Source: Anaerolineae bacterium
Lineage (GTDB): Bacteria > Chloroflexota > Anaerolineae > B4-G1 > DUEL01
DNA: 64,000 bases
Reading direction: 5' to 3'
Assembly (NCBI GenBank): GCA_016931695.1
Contig: JAFGEI010000148.1
Span: forward strand, 11,394-75,393
Shown: piece by piece, positions 54,463 to 63,939 of the stretch
Position numbering within the stretch: position 1 is the stretch's first letter
How the letters are laid out: the number at the start of each line of letters is the position of its first letter
Notes under the pieces: model-generated
Seen by the model: the letters and a program-made list of their open reading frames with translations, nothing else
Database searches by the model: none
What the model was told of the DNA's origin: nothing
Translations under genes and position numbers: made by a program

Positions 54463-57143
54463 GCCGCAGCCGTGCTCTGACAGCGACCAGCTTGTTGATC
54501 CTGTTATCCTTGATCGCCTGTAACCTGCCGGCGCCGGAGGAGACGCGGGCACCGTGGCCGACGGAAAGCGTTACGCTCGAGGCCCCGCCCCCCACCCCAA
54601 CGGCCCTTTCCAACGCCCCTGAAGCTCCTACCGCGCTCAACGTTCCCCTGCAGGTCGACAATCTCCTTGATGTAGAGCGGATTGAGGAACCGGTTACCTC
54701 TGGCATCCCGCTGCCGCACGAATTGAGGCTTGCCGACCCGCAGCAACTGCAGTTGGTCGACGCTGCCGGCACGCCGGTCGCAGCCCAGTTCACCCCCCTG
54801 GCCCGCTGGGGAGGCGCCCCGGATGACCCGTCCGCCCCAATTCGCTGGCTGTTGGTCGACTTTCAGGCCACCGTTGCGGCCCGATCGACCAGCTACTACT
54901 TTTTGCAGGAGGGCGGTCCGGGCCCGTCCCCGGTGCAGCCCCTGGTCGTCACCGACGAAGCGGCGGTGCTGACCGTCGACACCGGCACGGCCCGGTTCAG
55001 CATCGACAAGGAGAGCGGCGGCCTCGTCGGGCCAGGGCTGGGCGGCCCGATTTTTGGCCAGGCAGTGGCAGGCGGGACGTACGAGAGCGGCGGCCCGGTC
55101 GACGTCCGCATAGCCCTGGCAGGGCCGATGCGCGTCTCGGTTCACGTCGCGGGGCAGTATCGGGGCTCTATGGGTGACCATTTACTCGATTACACTGCCC
55201 GCTACTGGTTCTATGCCGGACAGTCCACGGTTCGCCTCTTTTACACCGTGGAGAACAACAACCTTTGCCCGATCGTTGCTGATGGGCAAATCGATTGCTA
55301 CGATATCGGCGCTGTGGGAAGCGTCGAGCTGGAAGATCTTTCCCTGATCGTTCCTACCGATCTGGGCGGCGATCTCAGCTTCCAGGCTGGTGGTGCAGGC
55401 GAGATGGTCGAAGGCGATCTCTTTCGGGATGATGCAGGCAACGCCACGCTGTACCAGGATTCGAGCGGCACCGATTTTTGGGACCGTTATGTCACTTTTA
55501 CCGATTGGGATGGGAATGCGCTCGATACCCGGCCGCGCATGCAGTCCTACGTCTCTTTTCGAGGCTATCAGTTGTGGCAGGGCGAAGAGTTGATCGACAG
55601 CGGTGATCAGGCTGCCGGATGGCTCAGCATCAGTGGGGAGGGCGGCGCGTGGGCCGTCGGCGTGCGCGATTTCTGGCAAAACTTTCCCAAGGCCCTGCGC
55701 GCCCGCTACGTCGGCACGCTCGAGATCGGTCTCTTTCCCAACGAGTTTGGCCCGCCCGACTATCGCTTTACCCTCCGCCCCGGCGAGCACAAGACCCATG
55801 AAATTATCCTCTCTCCTGCTGGGCCCGTCCCCTTGCTTCCGCTGCAGGCCAGCACCCCAGCCGAGTGGTACGTCAGCAGCGGCGCCCTCGGCCTGACTGC
55901 CTTACCGGACTGGGCCAACTGGCCCGAGCACGAGGCCTACATCCAGCACCAGTTGTATACCTCTCCCGAGTACGAGGAGTGGATGGATTGGTACCCCGAT
56001 CTGCTTGCTGCCATCGTTGGGACCGATTTTTACGGGATATTCGACTATGGCGACTGGCCAATCGACTATGAGGGGTACGGCGTGGCGCCGCTCAACGTCA
56101 AGTACGACAGCAACCTCGGTGCCTGGTTGCAGTGGGCGCGCTCCGGCGATCCCCGCTGGTTTCAGTTAGCTGATGCGCTCAACCGCCACGCGGCCGACAT
56201 TGATATTCTTCATAACCTGCACTCCCCGCGTCACTGGGGGGATGGAATTACCTTTGGCCACAGCTATCACGATGAGGAGGGGTTTGTCAACCCGCATCGC
56301 AACTATGGTGGTGCGCATCCCGATGTCGCTTTTGGGACGGCGGGGATGTTGCTCACCTACTACCTGACCGGTTACGAAAAGGCCTACGAATCTGCCCTGG
56401 AACTGGCCGACTGTATCGAGTACCGGTTGCACAACGATGGACACCTGTGCGATCACTTTGCCGACTGCAACGGCGAGGGCTGGGCGCTGGACGAGGGGAT
56501 GTATGCCGCTGGAAGCCGACCGGCTGCCAACGGCCTCTCTATTGCGGTGGCGGCTTACCGGGCCACAGCCGATCCCCGCTACCTGGCTGTGGCCGACGCC
56601 GTGGTCGATTGGGCACGCCCGGAGGATCAGCCCTACATCGACGGGCCTACCGGCGAGGATCAGGAGATGCGCCCGTGGATGCTCAACCTGTACCTGCGTG
56701 CGCTGATTGACTACATCGAGCTGCGCGACGAGTTTGGCCTGCCCGACACCTACAACGCGCGCGGCGCCTACCTGGTTTATGCCGATTGGCTGCGCAGCTA
56801 CGCATGGATCGACCTGGAACCGGACGAGAGCGGGCCGCGGGCGGCCTATCCCTACGAGTGGTGGTTCGACGAGCGGCAGGGTAATCCTGATGATGAATGG
56901 TCAGCCGGCAACAACGTCCCGGTTGTTGCCAACTGGTCGCTGCTGGGGGCTGACGTGATGGCTTATGCCTGGCATCTCAGCGGTGAGGCCGACTATATGG
57001 ACCGCGCCGTGCGGTTGTTTCGCAGCGGCAGCCGTGACCCCTGGTATGCGGGGGACGTCAGCAGCTATTCCGAGACAAAACAGACGATCAACAGCATTTC
57101 GTTCGGCCACGTTTTTTTGCACGAGCAGCAAGTGACGCGCTGA
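54459..57143 (+). CDS. Large lipoprotein resembling exo-rhamnogalacturonan lyase (PcRGLX/YetA-like)
   Basis: Lipobox LIAC; EPVTSGIPLP, IRWLLVDF, VRDFWQNFPKAL, YGIFDYGDW, YYLTGY. Family assignment from motif memory. Confidence 0.6.
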   Translation: MSRSRALTATSLLILLSLIACNLPAPEETRAPWPTESVTLEAPPPTPTALSNAPEAPTALNVPLQVDNLLDVERIEEPVTSGIPLPHELRLADPQQLQLVDAAGTPVAAQFTPLARWGGAPDDPSAPIRWLLVDFQATVAARSTSYYFLQEGGPGPSPVQPLVVTDEAAVLTVDTGTARFSIDKESGGLVGPGLGGPIFGQAVAGGTYESGGPVDVRIALAGPMRVSVHVAGQYRGSMGDHLLDYTARYWFYAGQSTVRLFYTVENNNLCPIVADGQIDCYDIGAVGSVELEDLSLIVPTDLGGDLSFQAGGAGEMVEGDLFRDDAGNATLYQDSSGTDFWDRYVTFTDWDGNALDTRPRMQSYVSFRGYQLWQGEELIDSGDQAAGWLSISGEGGAWAVGVRDFWQNFPKALRARYVGTLEIGLFPNEFGPPDYRFTLRPGEHKTHEIILSPAGPVPLLPLQASTPAEWYVSSGALGLTALPDWANWPEHEAYIQHQLYTSPEYEEWMDWYPDLLAAIVGTDFYGIFDYGDWPIDYEGYGVAPLNVKYDSNLGAWLQWARSGDPRWFQLADALNRHAADIDILHNLHSPRHWGDGITFGHSYHDEEGFVNPHRNYGGAHPDVAFGTAGMLLTYYLTGYEKAYESALELADCIEYRLHNDGHLCDHFADCNGEGWALDEGMYAAGSRPAANGLSIAVAAYRATADPRYLAVADAVVDWARPEDQPYIDGPTGEDQEMRPWMLNLYLRALIDYIELRDEFGLPDTYNARGAYLVYADWLRSYAWIDLEPDESGPRAAYPYEWWFDERQGNPDDEWSAGNNVPVVANWSLLGADVMAYAWHLSGEADYMDRAVRLFRSGSRDPWYAGDVSSYSETKQTINSISFGHVFLHEQQVTR

Positions 57144-57218
57144 ATCGGGAAAACGGGCCAAGTCCCCTAACCCTTCCCCACCATTGGTTTTCCTCGCCGC
57201 ATCTTACGGTGGCCGCCG

Positions 57219-57290
57219 TTTCGCATAGTCAGTTTTATCTTATGGAACACCGGAAACACTAACTTCTCTTATCTTTATGACTATGCGAAG
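57219..57290. repeat. Short AT-rich element with inverted terminal repeats TTCGCATAGTC(A), copy 2, inverted relative to copy 1
   Basis: TTCGCATAGTCA at 57220-57231 and TGACTATGCGAA at 57278-57289; intergenic. Confidence 0.85.
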
Positions 57291-57341
57291 CAGCTCGCCT
57301 CGCCACCTGAGTTTTTTGTGGTATACTATTGACCTGCCGCC

Positions 57342-58115
57342 ATGGAGAAAAGACCCTTTGCACTCGCTAACTGGAAAATGGCCATGACGATCGAACAGAC
57401 CGGCCAGTTTGTGCGTGATTTCTTGCCGCTGGTCGAGGATATGTGTGACCAAGTCGAGATTGTCATCTGCCCCCCGTACACCGCTGTCCGCGATCTTGCT
57501 GCTGCGCTGTCTGGCAGCGGCATCACCGTCGCCGGACAGGATCTGTGGGTTGGCCCAGGAGAAGCGCATACCGGCGCCATTTCCGGGCCGCTTTTGGCCG
57601 ACGCAGGCGCCGCCTGGGTAATGGTCGGCCATTGGGAAGTCCGCCGACGGTTGGGGCTGCGTAAATGGTTGGGCTACGGGGACTTTGTCGTCAACCAACA
57701 GATCCACGCCGCATTGGCAACAGGACTCCGCCCCATCATATTAATCGGTGAGGAATACGACGATATATTCGATCCTTCCCGCCTGGCCCTGCTGCTCGAC
57801 GGATGCAGCGGGGAACAGGTCGAGCAAATGATCTTGGCCTACGAGCCGGAAGGGGCCATCGGGCACACCGAACCGGTCTCGCCACAGCACGCCGCCGACG
57901 GATGCCAAGCCATCCGCCATTGGCTCGTCTCACAATACGGTCAAGAGGCAACCGCTCAGGCGCGCATCATCTACGGCGGAAGCGTACCCCCCCAACATGC
58001 CCAAGACCTGCTGGCCAATCCCAACGTGGACGGCCTGGGGACCAGCCGCCAGGGGCGCAATCCTTTCTCCTTCGCTGCCATCGTTCGCCGCATTGCCGAA
58101 AGCAAGGGGGAGTAG
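57342..58115 (+). CDS. Triosephosphate isomerase family protein (divergent)
   Basis: ANWKM, AHTGAIS, VGHWE, AYEP, IYGGSV, VDG. Confidence 0.85.
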   Translation: MEKRPFALANWKMAMTIEQTGQFVRDFLPLVEDMCDQVEIVICPPYTAVRDLAAALSGSGITVAGQDLWVGPGEAHTGAISGPLLADAGAAWVMVGHWEVRRRLGLRKWLGYGDFVVNQQIHAALATGLRPIILIGEEYDDIFDPSRLALLLDGCSGEQVEQMILAYEPEGAIGHTEPVSPQHAADGCQAIRHWLVSQYGQEATAQARIIYGGSVPPQHAQDLLANPNVDGLGTSRQGRNPFSFAAIVRRIAESKGE

Positions 58116-58134
58116 AACAAGGAGCAGCAACAAG

Positions 58135-59256
58135 ATGCGTCTTCAATGCCTGGATCCGACCAGTTTCCGCGACGTGCAGCGGTATATCGCCCTACCCTAC
58201 CGCCTCTACCGCGACACTCCGCAGTGGGTGCCTCCGTTCGTCCACGAAGTCAAGAGCCAACTCGACCCGCAACGCCATCCGTTCTACCAACACTCTCAGG
58301 CTGCCTTTTTCCTGGCGCTGGAAGGCGACGAAGCGGTCGGGCGGCTCGCCGTGCTGAACAACCGGCGTTACAACCAGCATCACGACCGTCGAACCGCCTT
58401 CTTTTACCACTTTGAAGCCGTGAACGACCGCGCTGTTTCCCGGGCCCTCTTTGACGCCGGCTTTGATTGGGCGCGCAAACAGGGATTGGATCGGCTGTGG
58501 GGCCCCAAGGGCTTTATCGCCGCGGACGGACAGGGGCTTCTCGTCGAGGGTTTTGCGCACCGGCCCGCGTTGGGCATCCCTTACAATCCCGCCTACTACA
58601 TCGAACTGTTTGAGGATGCCGGATTCACAAAGCATCTCGAGTTTATCTCCAGCTATGCCGACCGGCAGCTCAAGCTTTCAGAGCGATTCCTTCAGGTAGC
58701 AGACAAGGCCAGACAGCGGCGCGGCTTTCAGGCGATCAACTTTCGCAGCAAAGCCGAACTGCGTGCCATGATCCCACGCATCGCCGCTGTCTACAACGAG
58801 GCCTTTGTACAAGTCCAGGGGTACGTCCCGCTTACGGAATCCGAGGCCTACGCGGTCGGCGAACGCATCCTCGCCATCGCAGACCCAGCGCTGGTCAAGC
58901 TCGTCATGAAGCAGGACGAGATTGTTGGCTTCATCCTCGCCTATCCCGACCTCTCCGCCGCCGTCCAGCGCTGCCGGGGAAGGTTGTGGCCCCTGGGGTG
59001 GTACCACCTGAAGCGCGAGTTCAAGCGCACCCGCTGGCTGAACTTTAACGGTGCCGGCATCCTCCCGCCCTACCGCGGCCTGGGCGGCAACGCCATTCTA
59101 TACGCCGAGATGTACCGCACCCTGACGGAACGGCCGCAATACCAGCACGCGGATTGGGTACAGGTCCAAGAGACAAACTACCGCATGCTCAACGAGCTCG
59201 AGACACTGGGGGTCAAGCCCTACAAGCGGCACCGGATCTATGAGCGCCCCCTATAA
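58135..59256 (+). CDS. GNAT-fold N-acetyltransferase-like protein (YghO-like)
   Basis: LPYRLY...WVPP, VGRLA, GLLVEGF, YNPAYY, GILPPYRGLG, ETNYRM. Confidence 0.78.
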   Translation: MRLQCLDPTSFRDVQRYIALPYRLYRDTPQWVPPFVHEVKSQLDPQRHPFYQHSQAAFFLALEGDEAVGRLAVLNNRRYNQHHDRRTAFFYHFEAVNDRAVSRALFDAGFDWARKQGLDRLWGPKGFIAADGQGLLVEGFAHRPALGIPYNPAYYIELFEDAGFTKHLEFISSYADRQLKLSERFLQVADKARQRRGFQAINFRSKAELRAMIPRIAAVYNEAFVQVQGYVPLTESEAYAVGERILAIADPALVKLVMKQDEIVGFILAYPDLSAAVQRCRGRLWPLGWYHLKREFKRTRWLNFNGAGILPPYRGLGGNAILYAEMYRTLTERPQYQHADWVQVQETNYRMLNELETLGVKPYKRHRIYERPL

Positions 59257-59342
59257 TGGCACAGGCCGCCATCCCCTGGACACTCTCCTGTTGCCGGAGC
59301 GCATCCGAGGGCGGCGGCCCGGGCCGCTATCGCCTGTTGTAA

Positions 59343-60818
59343 CTACTCCTCGCCCGCCGCATCCTTCTGCCGGGCGTCTTTTACCGGCGCCAAGTTCTTG
59401 ATCGCCTCAATCACGTCCATCCCGGTCAACGCCTCAACTGTCTCCGGCACCTGGGCGATGATTTCGGTTATGTCCTGAGTGATCCGGGAAGCCCCACCCC
59501 CCGAACCGCCGCTGTTGATGATGACGATACGGTCGGTCTGAGCCAAAGGCTGGGCAATTGCCTCGGCAACCCTGGGCAAGCTGTCGATCAACTGCTGGAT
59601 GATCGCTGCCTGGCTGTACTGCTGCCAGGCTTCGGCCTTCTTTTGCATCGCCTGCGCCTCAGAAAGGCCCTGGGCCTTGATGACGTCCGCCTGGGCGATG
59701 CCGCGCGCGCGCGTGGCATCCGCCTCCGCCTCTCCCATCGCTCGGGTCGCCATCGCCTGTCCTGCCGCCTCGGTTTCGGTGCGGGTCCGCTCCGCACTGG
59801 CGAGGGTCGTGATGCGGAACTGCTCTGCTTCGGCCGGTTTGCGAACCGTTGCTTCCAGCTCGCGCTCCCTTCGCTTTGCCTCCTGTTCCTGAACTTGGAT
59901 CTGCTTCTGCTTCTCGACGACCTGGATCTGCACCTCTTCAGCTTTGATCTTTTGATTGACGATATTCTGCTGCAAGGTAAAGGCCATCTCCGCCTCGGCG
60001 CGCTCGCGATTCGACTCGGTATCGTAGCGGGCTTTTTGCACCGAATAGTTCTTGTTTGCCTCGGCAATCTTGGTCTCGGCCATGAACTTGGCCGTCTCTC
60101 CTTCTTGCCGCGCCTCGGCTGATTTGATGGTCGCGTCCCGCGCCGCCAGCGCCTGGCCGATGGCTGCATCCCGCTTCACCTCAGCAGTACGGGCCTGGCC
60201 CAGTGCGTCGAGATAGCCCTGGTCGTCACGAATGTCCTTGATGGTAAACGAGACGATTCCCAACCCCATGTTCGCCATATCGACCGCCGACACCTCTTGA
60301 ACCCGCTGAGCAAAGGCGTCCCGGTCCTTGTAAATCTCTTCCACCGTCATCGTGCCCAGGATAGCGCGCAGGTGGCCGGCCAACGTTTCGTGCGCCACTC
60401 CCTTGACCTCTAGCGCAGTCTTGGAGAGAAATTGCTCGGCTGCAGTACGGATCGAGATATCGTCACCCTTGATCTTGATCTGGGCCACTCCGTCGACCGT
60501 CACCGGCACGCCCATCTCGGTATACACCTCGGGCGTCTCGACGTCGATGGTCATGATCTCGAGCGACAGCACGTCGACCCGCTCGACGACAGGCCAGATA
60601 ATTGCGCCGCCGCCCTTGACAATGCGAAACCCAATCCGCTCCTTCTCCCCCGTCACCGGGTTGGTTAGATAATGCTTGCGACCCGAAATGACCAGCACCT
60701 GGTTCGGGCCCACTTTTTTGTACCGCGAGGCGATAAAGCCCATCAGCACGAACAGAACGAACAAACCTCCTGCGACGACGACAACCGCCGCCCCAATCCA
60801 AGTCGATGATATTATCAT
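59343..60818 (-). CDS. Flotillin (SPFH/Band 7, FloT-like)
   Basis: N-terminal TM, YKKVGPNQVLVISG, GVPVTVDGVAQIK, IRTAAEQFL, AEA-rich coiled coil. Confidence 0.93.
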   Translation of the reverse strand: MIISSTWIGAAVVVVAGGLFVLFVLMGFIASRYKKVGPNQVLVISGRKHYLTNPVTGEKERIGFRIVKGGGAIIWPVVERVDVLSLEIMTIDVETPEVYTEMGVPVTVDGVAQIKIKGDDISIRTAAEQFLSKTALEVKGVAHETLAGHLRAILGTMTVEEIYKDRDAFAQRVQEVSAVDMANMGLGIVSFTIKDIRDDQGYLDALGQARTAEVKRDAAIGQALAARDATIKSAEARQEGETAKFMAETKIAEANKNYSVQKARYDTESNRERAEAEMAFTLQQNIVNQKIKAEEVQIQVVEKQKQIQVQEQEAKRRERELEATVRKPAEAEQFRITTLASAERTRTETEAAGQAMATRAMGEAEADATRARGIAQADVIKAQGLSEAQAMQKKAEAWQQYSQAAIIQQLIDSLPRVAEAIAQPLAQTDRIVIINSGGSGGGASRITQDITEIIAQVPETVEALTGMDVIEAIKNLAPVKDARQKDAAGEE

Positions 60819-60882
60819 GGTGTTATCCTCCCTCCAATCGTGGTTTACGAACGGCACCATTCCTCTTGCTACAACAGTCGAT

Positions 60883-61539
60883 TCAGTGGCTCTCCGGCTG
60901 CACCTCCCTTGGTTTAACTTCTACAACATTGCCGACGACCTGCGTGACGACGACAACTGCCCCCCGCGCAATCGCCCTGCCTTCCTCCGCCGACCGGGCC
61001 GTGGCCGTCATGCGGCTGCCCCGCACAACAAGCGCTATCTCCCCCACCTTGCCAGCCGGGATGGGTGCAATCACCTCACCCACCTTGCCCACCAACTCGC
61101 CGACCTCCACCTCGCTGGATGCTTGCAACCCGGCCAGCAAGCGGGCGTACAGGAGAAACATGACGCCAGCAACGGCAAGCCCATTGACAGTAGAAATCAA
61201 CAGGCTGAGTAAAGGGGAAACAGCAGTAAAGTTGTTGAGGAGCACTCCGCTGCCACCAAAAACGGTGACAAATGTCGCCAGGGTGATAGGGCTCAGCGGG
61301 GACAGGCCAACATCAGGATGATCGATATCGTGAGCGATTTCATGAGCGAACGGCAGTTCGAGATGAATATCCGGCCCGCCGGGATGGAGATCGACGCCTG
61401 GAATGTCAATGTCCATACCGGGAAGATCAAAGCTGGCCAGCTTGCCCATAATCGCAGTGATTAGAGCATATCCCACGCCCAGAGCAAACATCGAAAAATA
61501 GATGCAATTCAACGTTTCAGTGATCGACCACTCCCACAT
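60883..61539 (-). CDS. NfeD-like (YuaF-type) membrane protein, flotillin partner
   Basis: SPLSPITLATFVTVFGGSG TM region and C-terminal OB-fold LVGKVGEVIAPIP; directly upstream of flotillin. Confidence 0.85.
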   Translation of the reverse strand: MWEWSITETLNCIYFSMFALGVGYALITAIMGKLASFDLPGMDIDIPGVDLHPGGPDIHLELPFAHEIAHDIDHPDVGLSPLSPITLATFVTVFGGSGVLLNNFTAVSPLLSLLISTVNGLAVAGVMFLLYARLLAGLQASSEVEVGELVGKVGEVIAPIPAGKVGEIALVVRGSRMTATARSAEEGRAIARGAVVVVTQVVGNVVEVKPREVQPESH

Positions 61540-61708
61540 GATCCTCTCCTTTTTCGCGCCGGGCCTACCGCCCCTTCATCTCTCGCTATCCCCCACTGCC
61601 GGCAAGCACCTGGGCACGCGTCCTGACATCCCGGGCAGCTGCCATTGTACTGCATAATGCTTTCCTGCGCCAAACAAAAGGCAGACAGCCAGCAGACAAT
61701 CAGACGAC

Positions 61709-62776
61709 TCAGGCGATCAACATTGCGTCGCCAAAACTATAAAAGCGGTACCGCTGCCGGACCGCCTCGGCGTAAGCAGCATCCATCAGCCGCTTGCTGC
61801 AAAAGGCAGCCACCAGCATCAACAAGGTCGAACGCGGCAGGTGAAAATTGGTAATCAGCGCATCGACAACACGGAAAGAAAACCCGGGATAGATGAACAG
61901 ATTCGTGTCCCCTTCAAAAGGCACAACCACCTGCCCAAGACAAGCCTGACCGTCTCTATCCTCCGCTGTCGCTTGCAACGCCGCGGTTTCCAGCACCCGC
62001 ACCGACGTCGTCCCGACCGCAATCACTCGCCGCCCCTCCAGCTTGGCCTGGTTAACTTGCTCGGCGGCATCGGGTGGCAGGGAGCAGTACTCGGTGTGCA
62101 TCCGGTGATCAGATGGACATTCTACGCGGACGGGTTGAAAGGTATCGAGACCGATGTGAAGCGTCACAAAGGCACACTGCACGCCCGCCTCCTGCAATTG
62201 GCGCAAGAGATCGGGGGTAAAATGGAGCCCGGCGGTAGGTGCCGCTGCCGAGCCCGGCACCTGGGCATAGACCGTCTGGTAGCGGCCGGGGTCGCGGAGA
62301 GGCTCGTGAATGTATGGCGGGAGGGGAGTCTGCCCCACCTGCTCGGCGAGAAGCAGAGCCGACCGGTCAAACGACAAGACGCGCAGGCCGCGCTCTCCCT
62401 CCGCCAAGACCTCTGCCCGGGCCAACACCTGATCCCCCTCCGCCCCGCCCGACACGTCCAGGCACATTCCCCGCCTAACCCCCCGCCCGCGCACCAATGC
62501 CTCCCAGACCGTCTCTGAACGCGGGCGCAGCAGGAGGATTTCGGCGCGGCCGCCGGTCGGCTTGTGCGCATAAAGCCGCGCCGGTATGACGCGCGTTCTG
62601 TTGTGAACGAGCAAGTCGCCTGCACGCAAAAACTGTGACAGGTGCTGAAAATAGTGATGGGTTAGCGATTCCCGAGCGCGGTCCACGACCATCAGGCGGG
62701 AAGCATCGCGTGGCTCGATCGGCGTTTGGGCGATCAGTTCGGGGGGGAGTTGGTAATCAAAGTCGGACGTTCTCAC
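61709..62776 (-). CDS. queA: S-adenosylmethionine:tRNA ribosyltransferase-isomerase
   Basis: DFDYQLPPELIAQ, PLPPYI, YQTVYA, AAPTAGLHFT, AVGTT, TNFHLP, YRFYSFGDAM. Confidence 0.97.
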   Translation of the reverse strand: MRTSDFDYQLPPELIAQTPIEPRDASRLMVVDRARESLTHHYFQHLSQFLRAGDLLVHNRTRVIPARLYAHKPTGGRAEILLLRPRSETVWEALVRGRGVRRGMCLDVSGGAEGDQVLARAEVLAEGERGLRVLSFDRSALLLAEQVGQTPLPPYIHEPLRDPGRYQTVYAQVPGSAAAPTAGLHFTPDLLRQLQEAGVQCAFVTLHIGLDTFQPVRVECPSDHRMHTEYCSLPPDAAEQVNQAKLEGRRVIAVGTTSVRVLETAALQATAEDRDGQACLGQVVVPFEGDTNLFIYPGFSFRVVDALITNFHLPRSTLLMLVAAFCSKRLMDAAYAEAVRQRYRFYSFGDAMLIA

Positions 62777-62808
62777 CTGAACAGAGCCTTTTCGCCAATG
62801 AACCCTGT

Positions 62809-63387
62809 TCACCGGCGCTTTTTTGCCAAGATGGCTGCAACGACGGCAAAGCCGAGCCCCATCGCAATGAGTAAGAACTTGAGTGCAGCGCACCAGCAGG
62901 CCACTGACGCCCATGCCTGCTGCAGCGATCCCAGCACAATCCGGATCAACGCGTAATTCTCCAGCGCATCCAACGCCGCGGCAGCAAATTGGGCCCAGGC
63001 GAGGATCACACCCACGCCTGCGACAACGGGTGTGCGCACCGAGAGGCGCCGTGCGATTCCGAAACAGCCGAGAGCAATAGCGGTCGAATAAGAGGCCATG
63101 AAAAGATAGTCAACGCCAAGGCTAAGGGCCGCATAGAGCGCGCCTCTCTCACCCCACGACGCGAGCATCTCTTGCGCACGCGGCAGGCTCCCGGCAAACT
63201 CGAACGAGACAATGCCCAATGGCGCGGCGCCGGTCGTCAAGGGGCGGTTCAGCACCTGCAGGCCGAAAAAGACTGCAACTGTCAGGCTAAGCGAAAGGAA
63301 AAAGGCAGGGCGCCAGCAAAAAAACCGGCTCTTTGCCGCCGAGCCTCCAAGACTCTTCAAGTTCGCAGATAACCGATGGGTACACAC
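62809..63387 (-). CDS. Hypothetical membrane protein
   Basis: Four hydrophobic helices; GIVSFEFAG, DYLF, LDALEN. Start uncertain. Confidence 0.7.
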   Translation of the reverse strand: MCTHRLSANLKSLGGSAAKSRFFCWRPAFFLSLSLTVAVFFGLQVLNRPLTTGAAPLGIVSFEFAGSLPRAQEMLASWGERGALYAALSLGVDYLFMASYSTAIALGCFGIARRLSVRTPVVAGVGVILAWAQFAAAALDALENYALIRIVLGSLQQAWASVACWCAALKFLLIAMGLGFAVVAAILAKKRR

Positions 63388-63393
63388 GCTGCC

Positions 63394-63939
63394 CTATCCT
63401 GGGGCTTGATTCGACACCCACAGCCCAATGACCGGATCATCGGGCCTACGTTCAACAGTTGACTCTACCTCGTAGCGGAACTCGACAAATGCAACCTCGT
63501 CACGGGGCAATTCGATCTCGAAGCGGTCGCATCGGGCAACGCCACTCCACAAGGGGTCGCCCAACAGCTGATGCACTTTTTCTCTCGCCGCGCCAGTTTC
63601 CAACAACCACGAGATCAGCGCCAAAAGGCTGCCAAAGCTCTTGTCCCGTTCCAGGTTCAGAACAAGGGCCTGCTCCCGCGAAACGGGCGCCGCCGCAATG
63701 TCGCCCGGCCGCCCGGATTTTGTTCCCACCAGTTCTTCATAGATCGCCCGTACAACCGGCTCGTTGCGCGCCTCAGCCAAAAATTCCAATATCCCGTCCA
63801 CGTGCCGGGTAAAAAAATCCTCGATCCGCCCTCTTTCTGGTAGATGGAAACGGCAATAGTCCCAACCGGCCTTGGGCGGCAGGGCACAAGGCGTCCCCCT
63901 ACAGGTGATCCCCTTACAACGGGCTTTTTCAGGTGACAT
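63394..63939 (-). CDS. Hypothetical protein with N-terminal CCCH-type zinc finger
   Basis: AGGAG RBS; RCKGITCRGTPCALPPKAGWDYCRFH. Confidence 0.6.
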   Translation of the reverse strand: MSPEKARCKGITCRGTPCALPPKAGWDYCRFHLPERGRIEDFFTRHVDGILEFLAEARNEPVVRAIYEELVGTKSGRPGDIAAAPVSREQALVLNLERDKSFGSLLALISWLLETGAAREKVHQLLGDPLWSGVARCDRFEIELPRDEVAFVEFRYEVESTVERRPDDPVIGLWVSNQAPG

